Assembly (NCBI GenBank): GCA_002269645.1 | Contig: NIVC01001184.1 | Coordinates: 278,540 to 342,539, forward strand | DNA from: Macrostomum lignano | Lineage: Eukaryota | Direction of reading: 5' to 3' | Length of the DNA stretch: 64,000 nucleotides | Program-made: the position numbers and the translations under genes | Notes under the pieces: model-generated | Told to the model about the DNA's origin: nothing | The model's database searches: none | Seen by the model: only the letters and a program-made list of their open reading frames with translations | Shown: positions 12,155 to 23,297 of the stretch, piece after piece | How positions within the stretch are numbered: position 1 is the first letter of the stretch | Layout of the letters: the number at the start of each line of letters is the position of its first letter

Positions 12155-13010
12155 GTTGCAGTAATCAGGGATTGTAGCGGGGTTGCAGTGTTGCAGTAAT
12201 CAGGGATTGTGTCGGGGTTGCAGTGTTGCAGTAATCAGAGATTGTGGCGGGGTTGCAGTGTTGCAGTAATCAGGGATTGTGTCGGGGTTGCAGTGTTGCA
12301 GTAATCAGGGATTGTAGCGGGGTTGCAGTGTTGAAGTAATCAGGGATTGTGTCGGGGTTGCAGTGTTGCAGTAATCAGGGATTGTGTCAGGGTTGCAGTG
12401 TTGCAGTAATCAGGGATTGTGTCGGGGTTGGAGTGTTGCAATAATCAGGGATTGTGTCGGGGTTGCAGTGTTGCAGTAATCAAGGATTGTGTCGGGGTTG
12501 CAGTGTTGCAGTAATCAGGGATTGTGTCGGGGTTGCAGTGTTGCAGTAATCAGGGATTGTGTTGGGGTTGCAGTGTTGCAGTAATCAGGGATTGTAGCGG
12601 GGTTGCAGTGTTGCAGTAATCAGGGATTGTGTCGGGGTTGCAGTGTTGCAGTAATCAGGGATTGTGTCGGGGTTGCAGTGTTGCAGTAATCAGGGATTGT
12701 GTTGGGGTTGCAGTGTTGCAGTAATCAGGGATTGTAGCGGGGTTGCAGTGTTGCAGTAATCAGGGATTGTAGCGGGGTTGCAGTGTTGCAGTATTCAGGG
12801 ATAGTGTCGGGGTTGCAGTGTTGCAGTAATCAGGGATAGTGTCGGGGTTGCAGTGTTGCAGTAATCAGGGATTGTGTCGGGGTTGCAGTGTTGCAGTAAT
12901 CAGGGATTGTGTCGGGGTTGCAGTGTTGCAGTAATCAGGGATTGTAGCGGGGTTGCAGTGTTGCAGTAATCAGGGATTGTGTCGGGGTTGCAGTGTTGCA
13001 GTAATCAGGG
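12155..13010. repeat. 35-bp minisatellite, ~24 units (gttgcagtaatcagggattgtgtcggggttgcagt)
   Basis: Read directly. Confidence 0.9.
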
Positions 13011-13188
13011 CAATTAATACACGTGCCGTTAATGGTATTTAGCTCATTGCATTATAATATATGAACTGAGTGTTTTAAAAAGAAGAAAATTCGTTGGAAT
13101 TCATGTACCATTGCGTAAGAATAAAGGCAGAAAATACAAAAACAGGTTTTGGCTGTCCTGAGCAGCTAGTTCAAGCCGAGGTGACACA

Positions 13189-14217
13189 ATGTCCCATAAT
13201 GACGAAGGTGCAGAGACCGCCAAAGCGGCCAGTTGGGTCGAGTTTTTCGCCGACCAACCGCAGAACAAGATGCGAGTGTTCGACTGGTCAGTGTCCGGCT
13301 TTGAGACTTGCATAGTAGTCCACGGTCCCAGCTTCCGTCTGGCGCTGGACATTGGCGCCTGTCCGCCGCAGGCAATCAGCGCCGATCACGTGTTCATTAG
13401 TCACGGTCACGTGGACCATTGCGGAGCACTGCACCAGCACATGCGCCGGCGTCAACTGGTAGGCCTACCACCAGCTACGTACTACGTGCCGGAGCATCTG
13501 GTCCAGCCGCTGATTGACATTGCTCGGCTATTCAGCGTCGTACATGGCGACGAAGACGAGGACAACGAAGGAGGTTCTGCGAAACTGTCGACGAAAGATA
13601 AAAAATCCAAGAAAGAGGATGCCACTGTCGCAGACGGTGCCTCAGCCGAAGCTGGGAGTGACGAAATAAGAATCTACGGCAAAATTGTAGCCGCTAGTCC
13701 GGGTGACGATTTGCAACTGTCAAAGAATCTTCGCATCCGTCCGTTCGCCACAGATCATCGAGTACCCAGCATTGGCTGTCTGGTGTACTGCAAGCGCAGC
13801 CAGTTGCTACCCAAATATGCCGGCCTGCCGGGTGCGGAACTTGCCGAACTGGCTCGCAACGGGGAACAGTTACGAGAGGCTCGGTGGGAACCCGCTATCG
13901 GCTACACAGGGGATACCAGATTCACTGTTCTAGCGTGTCCTCCCGAGCCCGACCTGCTCAAGGTTAGACTGTTAGTCTGCGAGCTAACCTACGTTGAAGG
14001 GCCGACAGATACAGCTGAGAAATACGGTCATTGTCATTTGCACGATTTCTCGTCGCGTGCAAATCTGTTTGACAATGTTGGCCAGCTGTTGTTTGTGCAC
14101 TTCAGTAGGCGGCACTCGCCTAACCAAGTGATTAACGCTGTGCTGACTTCGCTGCCAGAGGAGCTACGGTCTAAAGTCTACTGCGGACTCAATGCTCTGC
14201 GGTTCTATCGTTCCTGA
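13189..14217 (+). CDS. TM-type short-form tRNase Z, paralog 2
   Basis: 342 aa with DWSVSGFETC, FISHGHVDHCG, TM-type arm LLPKYAGLPGAELAEL, GYTGDT, CELT, GHCH and HFSRRH. Clearly paralogous to 6808-7983. Confidence 0.85.
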   Translation: MSHNDEGAETAKAASWVEFFADQPQNKMRVFDWSVSGFETCIVVHGPSFRLALDIGACPPQAISADHVFISHGHVDHCGALHQHMRRRQLVGLPPATYYVPEHLVQPLIDIARLFSVVHGDEDEDNEGGSAKLSTKDKKSKKEDATVADGASAEAGSDEIRIYGKIVAASPGDDLQLSKNLRIRPFATDHRVPSIGCLVYCKRSQLLPKYAGLPGAELAELARNGEQLREARWEPAIGYTGDTRFTVLACPPEPDLLKVRLLVCELTYVEGPTDTAEKYGHCHLHDFSSRANLFDNVGQLLFVHFSRRHSPNQVINAVLTSLPEELRSKVYCGLNALRFYRS

Positions 14218-14448
14218 TGATACTGACTTATTTTACTATTCTATCTTACACTAAATAAAGTTTATACTGATGCTTTGCCATTGTTTTCTCAGACAGTTTT
14301 TTTAATAAAAAGTTTTAAACATCGTGTCTTTAATTAATTTAACTTTCTATTTTACAAAATAAACTGTAAAAATTTCAGCTAGAATTTCACTGCCGTAACT
14401 ACAAAACTGAGCTGATTTCGATTCGGAGCTGCACTCCAAACATTAATT

Positions 14449-15174
14449 ATGACTGCTGAGGTTAAACATGCTGCGGGGCTGGACAGCCGGCAGCCTGCTA
14501 TGAAAGAGGTGGGTTTGGCACTTTCTGTAGGAGTGGCCTGTTGTGTGCCTTGTCTGTCTGCCCTGTCCTATTCTGTCTGTGTGTTCTGTCTGCCCTGTCC
14601 TGTTCTGTCTGCGTGTTCTGCCTGTCCTATTCTGTCTGTCTGTTCTGTCTGCCCTGTCCTGTTCTGTCTGTGTGTTCTGCCTGTCCTGTTCTGTCTGTGT
14701 GTTCTGTCTGTCCTGTCCTGTTCTGTCTGTCTGTTCTGTCTGCCCTGTCCTGTTCTGTCTGTGTGTTCTGTCTGCCCTGTCCTGTTCTGTCTGCGTGTTC
14801 TGCCTGTCCTATTCTGTCTGTCTGTTCTGTCTGCCCTGTCCTGTTCTGTCTGTGTGTTCTGCCTGTCCTGTTCTGTCTGTGTGTTCTGTCTGTCCTGTCC
14901 TGTTCTGTCTGTCTGTTCTGTCTGCCCTGTCCTGTTCTGTCTGTCTGTTCTGTCTGTCCTGTCCTGTTCTGTCTGTGTGTTCTGCCTGTCCTGTTCTGTC
15001 TGTGTGTTCTGTCTGCCCTGTCCTGTTCTGTCTGTGTGTTCTGTCTGCCCTGTCCTGTTCTGTCTGTGTGTTCTGTCTGCCCTGTCCTGTTCTGTCTGTG
15101 TTCTGTCTGTCCTGTCCTGTTCTGTCTGTCTCTTCTGTCTGTGTGTTCTGCCTGTCCTGTTCTGTCTGTCCTGT

Positions 15175-15207
<33 letters not shown>

Positions 15208-15269
15208 GTCTGTTCTGTCTGCCCGGTTCTGTTCTGTTTGTCTGTCTGTCTGTCTCTCTGTCTGTCTGG

Positions 15270-15323
<54 letters not shown>

Positions 15324-15326
15324 GGT

Positions 15327-15423
<97 letters not shown>

Positions 15424-15454
15424 GGTTGTTTGTCTGTCTGTCTGTCTGTCTGTG

Positions 15455-15487
<33 letters not shown>

Positions 15488-18400
15488 GGTTGTCTGTCTG
15501 TCCTGCAGACCTGTATGATCCACCTTACTACTCCATTTGCATTCCATCCCAGCTGCAATTCGCTGTCAACATGACCTGTCAATCATGCGCCGACTCGGTC
15601 AGTCGAGTTCTATCCAGTCACCAGCCGGCAAGCGACTTCGCGGACATCCGAATTCAACTGACTGAACAGCGGGTCATCCTGCGCACTTCGCTGCACGTTG
15701 ACTCGGTGCTGGAGCTGCTGGAGACCACCGGCTGTCGGGCTTTGCTGCAAGGCGTTGGCACAGCCAGCCAGGGCATGCGGGGTCAGGACTTCGCATCTGG
15801 CGTCGTACAATTGGAATCAGTTTATACTACTAATACTAGTAGTGTCCAGGGAGTAGTTCGAATTTTGCAGCCAGATGATCAGCAGTGCCTGTTCGATGGC
15901 ACAGTGGACGGTCTGGAGCCCGGCAGTTGGTACAGCCTCGAGGTCCGTCAGGGCGGTGATCTGTCTGGGGGGTCTGACACATGCGGCCCGGTGTATAATG
16001 ACGGCTCTGATGATGCACAGGTGCGTTCTGTGTTATATATCCCTGTTTTTGTCTGTCTGCATCTTGGGGTGTACGCTCTCTCACCTTACAGCATTCGCTC
16101 TCTCACCTTACAGCATCCGCTCTCTCACCTTACAGCATTCGCTCTCTCACCTTACAGCATCCGCTCTCTCATAAGTTAAGGCATCCGCTCTCATCTTACA
16201 GCATCCGCTCTGTCTCCTTACAGCATCCGCTCTGTCACCTTACAGCATCCGCTCCCTCATCAGTTACAGCATCCTCTCTCTTAGCTTACAGCATCCGCTC
16301 CCTCATCAGTTACAGCATCCTCTCTCTTAGATTACAGCATCCGCTCCCTCATCAGTTACAGCATCCTCTCTTTTAGCTTACAGCATCCGCTCTCTCACCT
16401 TACAGCATCCGCTCTCTCACCTTACAGCATCCGCTCCCTCATCAGTTACAGCATCCGCTCCCTCATCAGTTACAGCATCCGCTCCCTCATCAGTTACAGC
16501 ATCCGCTCCCTCATCAGTTACAGCATCTGCTTCCTCATCGGTTAGAGCATCCGCCCCTTACTGTACTAGTATCTTTCAGCATCTGTCTCGTTTTGCGAAC
16601 TCAAAAATATCTGATAGAGTTATTTCTTTAGACAGGTTTAGCTGTAAATGTTTTCAGACTGCCAAAAAGACATACAATATACCAGTACATAGAAACATAC
16701 AAAAAATCAACTAACAACAGCGTCTCCATGGCAACTCAAATGCCTACGGCCTGACCAGCGTACTGGCGGACGAGTTGACCTGCCCGCGGCCTCATCTAGT
16801 CCCAGTCGCCTCAGGTTTCCTATCCAACGATTTGCGACCGCTAAGCGGCTTGCAAAAGTTTCTGGCCGCTAATTTTCCCGCCCCAGACTTGCGGCATCTG
16901 AAGCGGGCCGCCCGGCCGCCTCCGCGCCTGACTGCAGTCGCCGATTTCGCGTTCTCCTTTGCCACGCCGCCGACTTACCTAATTTGGAATGTTCTGAAGA
17001 ATTTTCAACGATTTGGAGACCTAAATTAGATAGCGTAGAAATTGTTATGGCGCCGGGTAGTGCGCCGCGTACCAGGCAACAATGGGAGCTCACTTCCGGT
17101 TATTGGCCCTGCTCGTTTCATGCTGACAAGTCTATCGAATCGGAGCTGTCGTTGGATTGCTTTACTAAAGCTGAAGGTGTCGCTTGTCTGAGGCATATGC
17201 TGCGCTCGCTGGCTCTCGGTCGAACTTCCGGTTCCACGTCTGCCGATACTTCCGGTCTGAAACCCGCTTCCGGTTTCACGTCTGCCGATACTTCCGGTTT
17301 GAAACCCGCATCCACTTCCGGTTCCACGTCTGCTGATACTTTCGGCCTGAAACCCGCTTCCATTTCCGGAGCCGCGTCTACCGATACTTCCGGTCTGAAA
17401 CCCGGTTCCACGTCTGCTGATACTTCCGGTCTGAAACCCGGTTCCACGTCTGCTGATACTTCCGGTCTGAAACCCGGTTCCACGTCTGCTGATACTTCCG
17501 GTCTGAAACCCGGTTCCACGTCTGCTGATACTTCCTGTCTGAAACCCGCTTCCACTTCCGGTCCTGCATCCGCTTCATCTTCTTCTGCATTCGCCGCTCT
17601 GCGCCTCCCAGTCCCCCAATCGGCCTGCCTAATCGTGGACCCTCGCAACGACACGGTGCTGGTGGAATGCCAAGACGAGCGCCACCTCTGCCCGACCTGG
17701 CACGCCACCCTCCGGGCCGTCCAACAGCTGGGCGGCCGAGGCGACTACCTGTGCACCGGCCTGGACGCTTACGTCACCGACGAGCCGTGCCACATGTGCG
17801 CTATGGCGCTGCTGCACTCCCGGGTGGCTCGGGTTTTCTACTGCCGACCGAGGCCGCGCGGCGCCCTCGGCAGCATCGCCAAACTGCACTGCCATCCGCG
17901 ATTGAATCATCGGTTCCGCGTGTACCGACTTTTCCCTCTGAGTGCGGCTCGAACTGGGGAGAGTTGACGGTTGGATTGCGATTCTTGCTTGCTCTTTAAC
18001 CTGGCCCTTTGTCAGCCACCGTTGTCCTTCAGTTGGTGTAGCAACCTTTCAGTTGGTGTAGCAACCTTTCAGTTGGTGTAGCAACCTTTCAGTTGGTGTA
18101 CCTACCCTTCAATTGGTGTAGCTACCCTTCAGTTGGTGTAGCTACCCTTCAGTTGGTGTAGCTACCCTTCAGTTGGTGTAGCAACCCTTTAGTTGGTGTA
18201 GCAACCCTTCAGTTGGTGTAGCTACCCTTCAGTTGGTGTAGCTACCCTTCAGTTGGTGTACCTACCCTTCAGTTGGTGTAGCAACCTTTCAGTTGGTGTA
18301 GCTACCTTTCAGTTGGTGTAGCAACCCTTCAGTTGGTGTAGCAACCCTTCAGTTGGTGTAGCTACCCTTCAGTTGGTGTACCTACCCTTCAGTTGGTGTA

Positions 18401-20010
18401 CCTACCCTTCAGTTGGTGTACCTACCCTTCAGTTGGTGTAGCAACACTTCAGTTGGTGTAGCTACCCTTCAGTTGGTGTAGCTACCCTTCAGTTGGTGTA
18501 GCTACCCTTCAGTTGGTGTAGCTACCCTTCAGTTGGTGTAGCAACCCTTCAGTTGGTGTAGCTACCCTTCAGTTGGTGTAGCTACCCTTCAGTTGGTGTA
18601 CCTACCCTTCAGTTGGTGTACCTACCCTTCAGTTGGTGTACCTACCCTTCAGTTGGTGTACCTACCCTTCAGTTGGTGTACCTACCCTTCAGTTGGTGTA
18701 GCAACACTTCAGTTGGTGTAGCTACCCTTCAGTTAGTGTACCTACCCTTCAGTTGGTGTAGCTACCCTTCAGTTGGTGTAGCTACCCTTCAGTTGGTGTA
18801 GCTACCCTTCAGTTGGTGTAGCTACCCTTCAGTTGGTGTAGCTACCCTTCAGTTGGTGTAGCTACCCTTCAGTTGGTGTAGCTACCCTTCAGTTGGTGTA
18901 GCTACTCTTCAGTTGGTGTAGCTACCCTTCAGTTGGTGTAGCTACCCTTCAGTTGGTGTAGCTACCCTTCAGTTGGTGTAGCTACCTTTCAGTTGGTGTA
19001 GCTACCCTTCAGTTGGTGTAGCTACCCTTCAGTTGGTGTAGCTACCCTTCAGTTGGTGTAGCTACCCTTCAGTTGGTGTAGCTACCCTTCAGTTGGTGTA
19101 GCTACTCTTCAGTTGGTGTAGCTACCCTTCAGTTGGTGTAGCTACCCTTCAGTTGGTGTAGCTACCCTTCAGTTGGTGTAGCTACCCTTCAGTTGGTGTA
19201 GCTACCCTTCAGTTGGTGTAGCTACTCTTCAGTTGGTGTAGCTACCCTTCAGTTGGTGTAGCAACCCTTCAGTTGGTGTAGCTACCCTTCAGTTGGTGTA
19301 GCTACCCTTCAGTTGGTGTAGCTACTCTTCAGTTGGTGTAGCTACTCTTCAGTTGGTGTAGCTACCCTTCAGTTGGTGTAGCTACCTTTCAGTTGGTGTA
19401 GCAACCCTTCAGTTGGTGTACCTACCCTTCAGTTAGTGTACCTACCCTTCCGTTGGTGTAAGCAACCCTTCAGTTTTTCCACTACCCAGTCTACTCTGTA
19501 CCCTAATCTTCTGCGTTCTACTTGTTCTCCTGCGCATAAATCTATGGCATAAATAAAAGCCAATTGAAGTGAAAAAATTGACGCCTGCATTTATAGCATT
19601 TTGTCTCGCTTCTTATTGGGACACTTTAAAACAATTAATGCAAATTTTTATTACAATGTTCGTATCATACTACTTTTTCGTTAGTTATTTTTTCAATCAA
19701 TCCTTCCCAGTCTGACGATCCCTCCGGACTGGTCGGTCGAGTTCACACTGGGCCGAGTGGGCGGCTTCGATTCAGCTTGATTTCGAATCGACTTCGCTTA
19801 TGGAATCTTGTGGGCCGCTGCCTCACAGTGAGCAAGTCTGCCGGTTGCAGCGAGAACGTCTGCGCCGCAGGCATTGTGGCGCGATCTGCAGGGCTATTCG
19901 CCAACGACAAACGAATCTGCTCCTGCGATGGCGTTGAAATTTGGAGCGAACGCGACGTGCCATCGGTTGGGGCTGGTAGAGCCGCTGCTGCGGCCGCTTT
20001 GAAAAAGTGA
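14449..20010 (+). CDS. CCS: Copper chaperone for superoxide dismutase, 3 exons
   Basis: Exons 14449-14508, 15553-16020 and 19711-20010, all joined in phase 0 by GT-AG introns. Domain [11 protein letters not shown], a SOD-like domain II, and domain [28 protein letters not shown]. Confidence 0.9.
14540..15505. repeat. CTGT-based micro/minisatellite filling CCS intron 1
   Basis: Read directly. Confidence 0.9.
16075..16555. repeat. ~22-bp minisatellite (tacagcatccgctctctcacct) in CCS intron 2
   Basis: Read directly. Confidence 0.85.
16721..17967 (+). CDS. ADAT3: tRNA adenosine-34 deaminase non-catalytic subunit, nested in CCS intron 2; one apparent frameshift near 16908
   Basis: N-terminal VLADEL...HLKR in one frame. 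[23 protein letters not shown] (pseudo-catalytic), [14 protein letters not shown] and LNHRFRVY in the next frame. Adding one T (aag cgg g[t]c cgc) restores HLKRVR and a 415-codon frame. Confidence 0.8.
18026..19465. repeat. 20-bp minisatellite, ~70 units (agttggtgtagctacccttc)
   Basis: Read directly; lies between the ADAT3 stop and an AATAAA at 19552. Confidence 0.9.
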
Positions 20011-20268
20011 ATGCATTCAGTCTGACGATATGTATCGAAATAATATTTTTATTGCACTTTAAAAATTTATGAGCTTTGCTCTGCAGGAAACTTGAGTACG
20101 AGTCATTATTTTACAAGCGTACAAATTAGATCTTATGTAGCCGATATGTATCGGAAATTGTCTAGTTACTTAAAATCGTTATCAGAATTGATTTAACTTG
20201 CAGCCTAATTTTATACGAGCTATGCCACCATTTGGAGTCGGATTTGGAATTTTTTTTATCTCAATGGT

Positions 20269-21499
20269 CAGGGAAAGAAAACAGAGCATTACTGCGGGCC
20301 AGAGGAGGGGAGAAAGGAGATAGAGGAATAAGAGGAGAGGAGATGAAAGATAAAATAGGAGAGAAGGAAAGGGAGAGCTGATGGAGAAGATGAGAGAGAG
20401 TAGAGAAGAGAGAGGAGTGGAGAGGAGAGAAGGGAAGGGAGAGGAGAGAAGGGAAGGGAGAGGAGAGGAGGGAAGGGAGAGAAGAGGAGGGTAGGGAAGG
20501 GAGAGGAGAGAAGGGAAGGGAGAGGAGAGGAGGGAAGGGAGGGAAGGGAGAGGAGAGGAGAGAGGGAAGGGAGAGGAGAGGAGAGAAGGGAAGGGAGAGG
20601 AGAGGAGAGAAGGGAAGGGAGAGGAGAGGAGGGAAGGGAGAGGAGAGGAGAGGAGAGGAGAGAAGGGAAGGGAGAGGAGGGAAGGGAGAGGAGAGGAGAG
20701 AAGGGAAGGGAGAGGAGAGGAGAGAAGGGAAGGGAGAGGAGAGGAGGGAAGGGAGAGGAGAGGAGAGGAGAGGAGGGAAGGTAATGGAGAGGAGAGGAGA
20801 GAAGGGAATGGAGAGGAGAGGAGAGAAGGGAAGGGAGAGGAGAGGAGAGAAGGGAAGGGAGAGGAGAGGAGGGAAGGGAGAGGAGAGGAGAGGAGAGAAG
20901 GGAATGGAGAGGAGAGGAGAGAAGGGAAGGGAGAGGAGAGGAGAGAAGGGAGAGGAGAGGAGGGAAGGGAGAGGAGAGAAGGGAATGGAGAGTAGAGGAG
21001 AGAAGGGAAGGGAGAGGAGAGGAGAGAAGGGAAGGGAGAGGAGAGGAGAGGAGGGAAGCGAGAGAAGAGGAGGGAAGGTAATGGAGAGGAGAGGAGAGAA
21101 GAGGAGAGGAGAGAAGGGAGAGGAGAGGAGGGAAGGGAGAGGAGAGAAGGGAATGGAGAGGAGAGGAGAGAAGGGAAGGGAGAGGAGAGGAGGGAAGGTA
21201 ATGGAGAGGAGAGGAGGGAAGGGAGAGGAGAGGAGAGGAGGGAAGGGAGAGGAGAGAAGGGAATGGAGAGGAGAGAAGGGAAGGAAGAGGAGAGGAGGGA
21301 AGGAAGAGGAGAGGAGAGAAGGGAAGGGAGAGAAAAGGAGAGGAGAGGAGGAGTGGAGAGAAGGGAAGGGGAGACGAAAGGAGACTAGAGAAGGGAGCTA
21401 GAAGAGACGTTCACCTTGAGCGGGCCGGATTGCTATTGTGAATTTTAAAATTAAAACCCGGATACAGAGGCTCTGCGGGCCGAAGTTTGCGGACCCCTG
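20269..21499. mobile_element. GA-core hAT MITE copy with ~1.1 kb expanded purine tract
   Basis: Shares actgcgggccagagg and ccttgagc-ggcc-gattgctattgtga...agtttgc-gacccctg with 2393-2805. The left TIR is degenerate. Confidence 0.7.
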
Positions 21500-21907
21500 A
21501 TTCGAGCAATAATGTATCGTAAAAAATTCAGTCAAATATTTTCTAGAAAACCAGATCATTTTTCCGATATGTATCGAAAGTAGTATTTGTCAAGCGCAAA
21601 TTACACAAAGCATTGAAGAGACTGACAAAGACTGACTTTCTTTGTTATAACGCGTCTATTTACGTGCTTCGACCGTACAGTTTTGCTACATTCATCAAAA
21701 TAAAAGTGCATTCATATCCATTAACCAGCCAGAGAAATTTGGGCTTTCCAACACTGAAAATCCATACATATTGAACCACTCAAAAAAACCACCTTTCTAG
21801 TTTGCATTAATTATCGAAATCTGCTGATAATAACTTTAATCTGAAGTCGAGGAAGTGCTTGCTCAGCAAAATCAATCGTCTGTAGTGTAATGAGCTGTGA
21901 TGGCTTT

Positions 21908-21921
21908 GTTACCGTGGCAAC
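21908..21921. promoter_or_regulatory. RFX X-box-like motif
   Basis: GTTACCGTGGCAAC closely matches the 14-bp X-box consensus and lies 1.4 kb upstream of the DEG/ENaC ATG. Confidence 0.4.
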
Positions 21922-22414
21922 AAGTTCGGCGCACATCTTTTATAGACTTCCAACCTTTGAGTGGCAGATTTTGTTGCATCAAATTTCTCCCAAAGGATTT
22001 CATGTTGAGTCTAAAGCAGAGATTTAAACAATAGAAAATACCAGAGTGTTTGCTTTTGTAGACGAAAATTTGCTCATGCTAGATTCCAATCGATTGTAGA
22101 TGTCTGAGCAGGCCACTAGATAGATGACTATTTAAATTTGCTTCTGTCTTTGCAACTGCAATCTGAATGTGAGCTATTCTAGCTCTGAAGCTGCAGCCTT
22201 CATCGATCGTTCAGGGACATTGCGTAAGATTGTCACTGCTGTTTGTGCTTTCTTGTTATAATATTAAATTGTATGGGGCAATAAATTTGCATTTTTGTCA
22301 ATTATCGCAAAAATATGGTGCGCAGGCTGAGGCCCTTAAAATGAATAAATAGAGGTGCCCTGAAATGCTTAGAAGTGGCGCTATGAGGTGCTTAGATCTG
22401 GCGTCATGAGTTGC

Positions 22415-23115
22415 TTAGGTTTGGCCCTATGGGAGTGCCTAGATGCTTAGAGCTAGGTGCCTAGATTTGGGCCCATGGGAGTGCTTAAATGCTTATAGTT
22501 GGGGTGCCTAGATTTGGGCCCATGGAGTGCTTAGATGCTTAGAGCTGAAGTGCCTAGATTTGGGCCCATAGGAGTGCTTAGATGCTTATAGCTGAAGTGC
22601 CTAGATTTGGGCCCATAGGAGTGCTTAGATGCTTATAGCTGGGGTGCGTAGATTTGGGCCCATAGGAGTGCTTAGATGCTTAGAGCTGAAGTGCCTAGAT
22701 TTGGGCCCATAGGAGTGCTTAGATGCTTATAGCTGGGGTGCCTAGATTTGGGCCCATAGGAGTGCTTAGATGCTTATAGCTGGGGTGCGTAGATTTGGGC
22801 CCATAGGAGTGCTTAGATGCTTAGAGCTGAAGTGCCTAGATTTGGGCCCATAGGAGTGCTTAGATGCTTATAGCTGGGGTGCCTAGATTTGGGCCCATAG
22901 GAGTGCTTAGATGCTTATAGCTGGGGTGCGTAGATTTGGGCCCATAGGAGTGCTTAGATGCTTAGAGCTGAAGTGCCTAGATTTGGGCCCATAGGAGTGC
23001 TTAGATGCTTATAGCTGGGGTGCCTAGATTTGGGCCCATGGAGTGCTTAGATGCTTATAACTAGGTGCCTAGATTTGGGCCCATGGGAGTGCTTAGATGC
23101 TTAGAGCTAGGTGCT
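22415..23115. repeat. ~48-bp minisatellite (gtgcctagatttgggcccataggagtgcttagatgcttatagctggg)
   Basis: Read directly. Confidence 0.85.
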
Positions 23116-23297
23116 TGTACATGTAGATCTGGCGCTATGTAATCGCTAAAATTATTAAGAGGCTCAATAACGTGCGCAGAGCTCCAAGAAAACCAATGCA
23201 TGTTCGCAGAAGATATAACACAGGATTTTGTTAAATTGTTTCAAACTTACTCGTTCCTAGCATGAGATCCAAACAAAACTAGCATAGCAACCAAACT

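Noticed and set aside
14449-16179. 576-aa Cys-rich 'metallothionein-like' CCS ORF
   Set aside because: This is read-through of a 1044-nt GT-AG intron made of CTGT repeats, which lack stops in several frames. The same C/L/S/V pattern appears in DCAF7 and FH introns.
18026-19465. CRISPR-like regular repeat arrays (also 12155-13010, 22415-23115, 32672-33368)
   Set aside because: Head-to-tail units with no unique spacers, no cas genes and a eukaryotic context.
20784-21401. Arg/Gly/Glu-rich ORFs (also 2531-2743, 54551-55234, 28944-29651, 30130-30837)
   Set aside because: Translations of purine/pyrimidine tracts or minisatellites.
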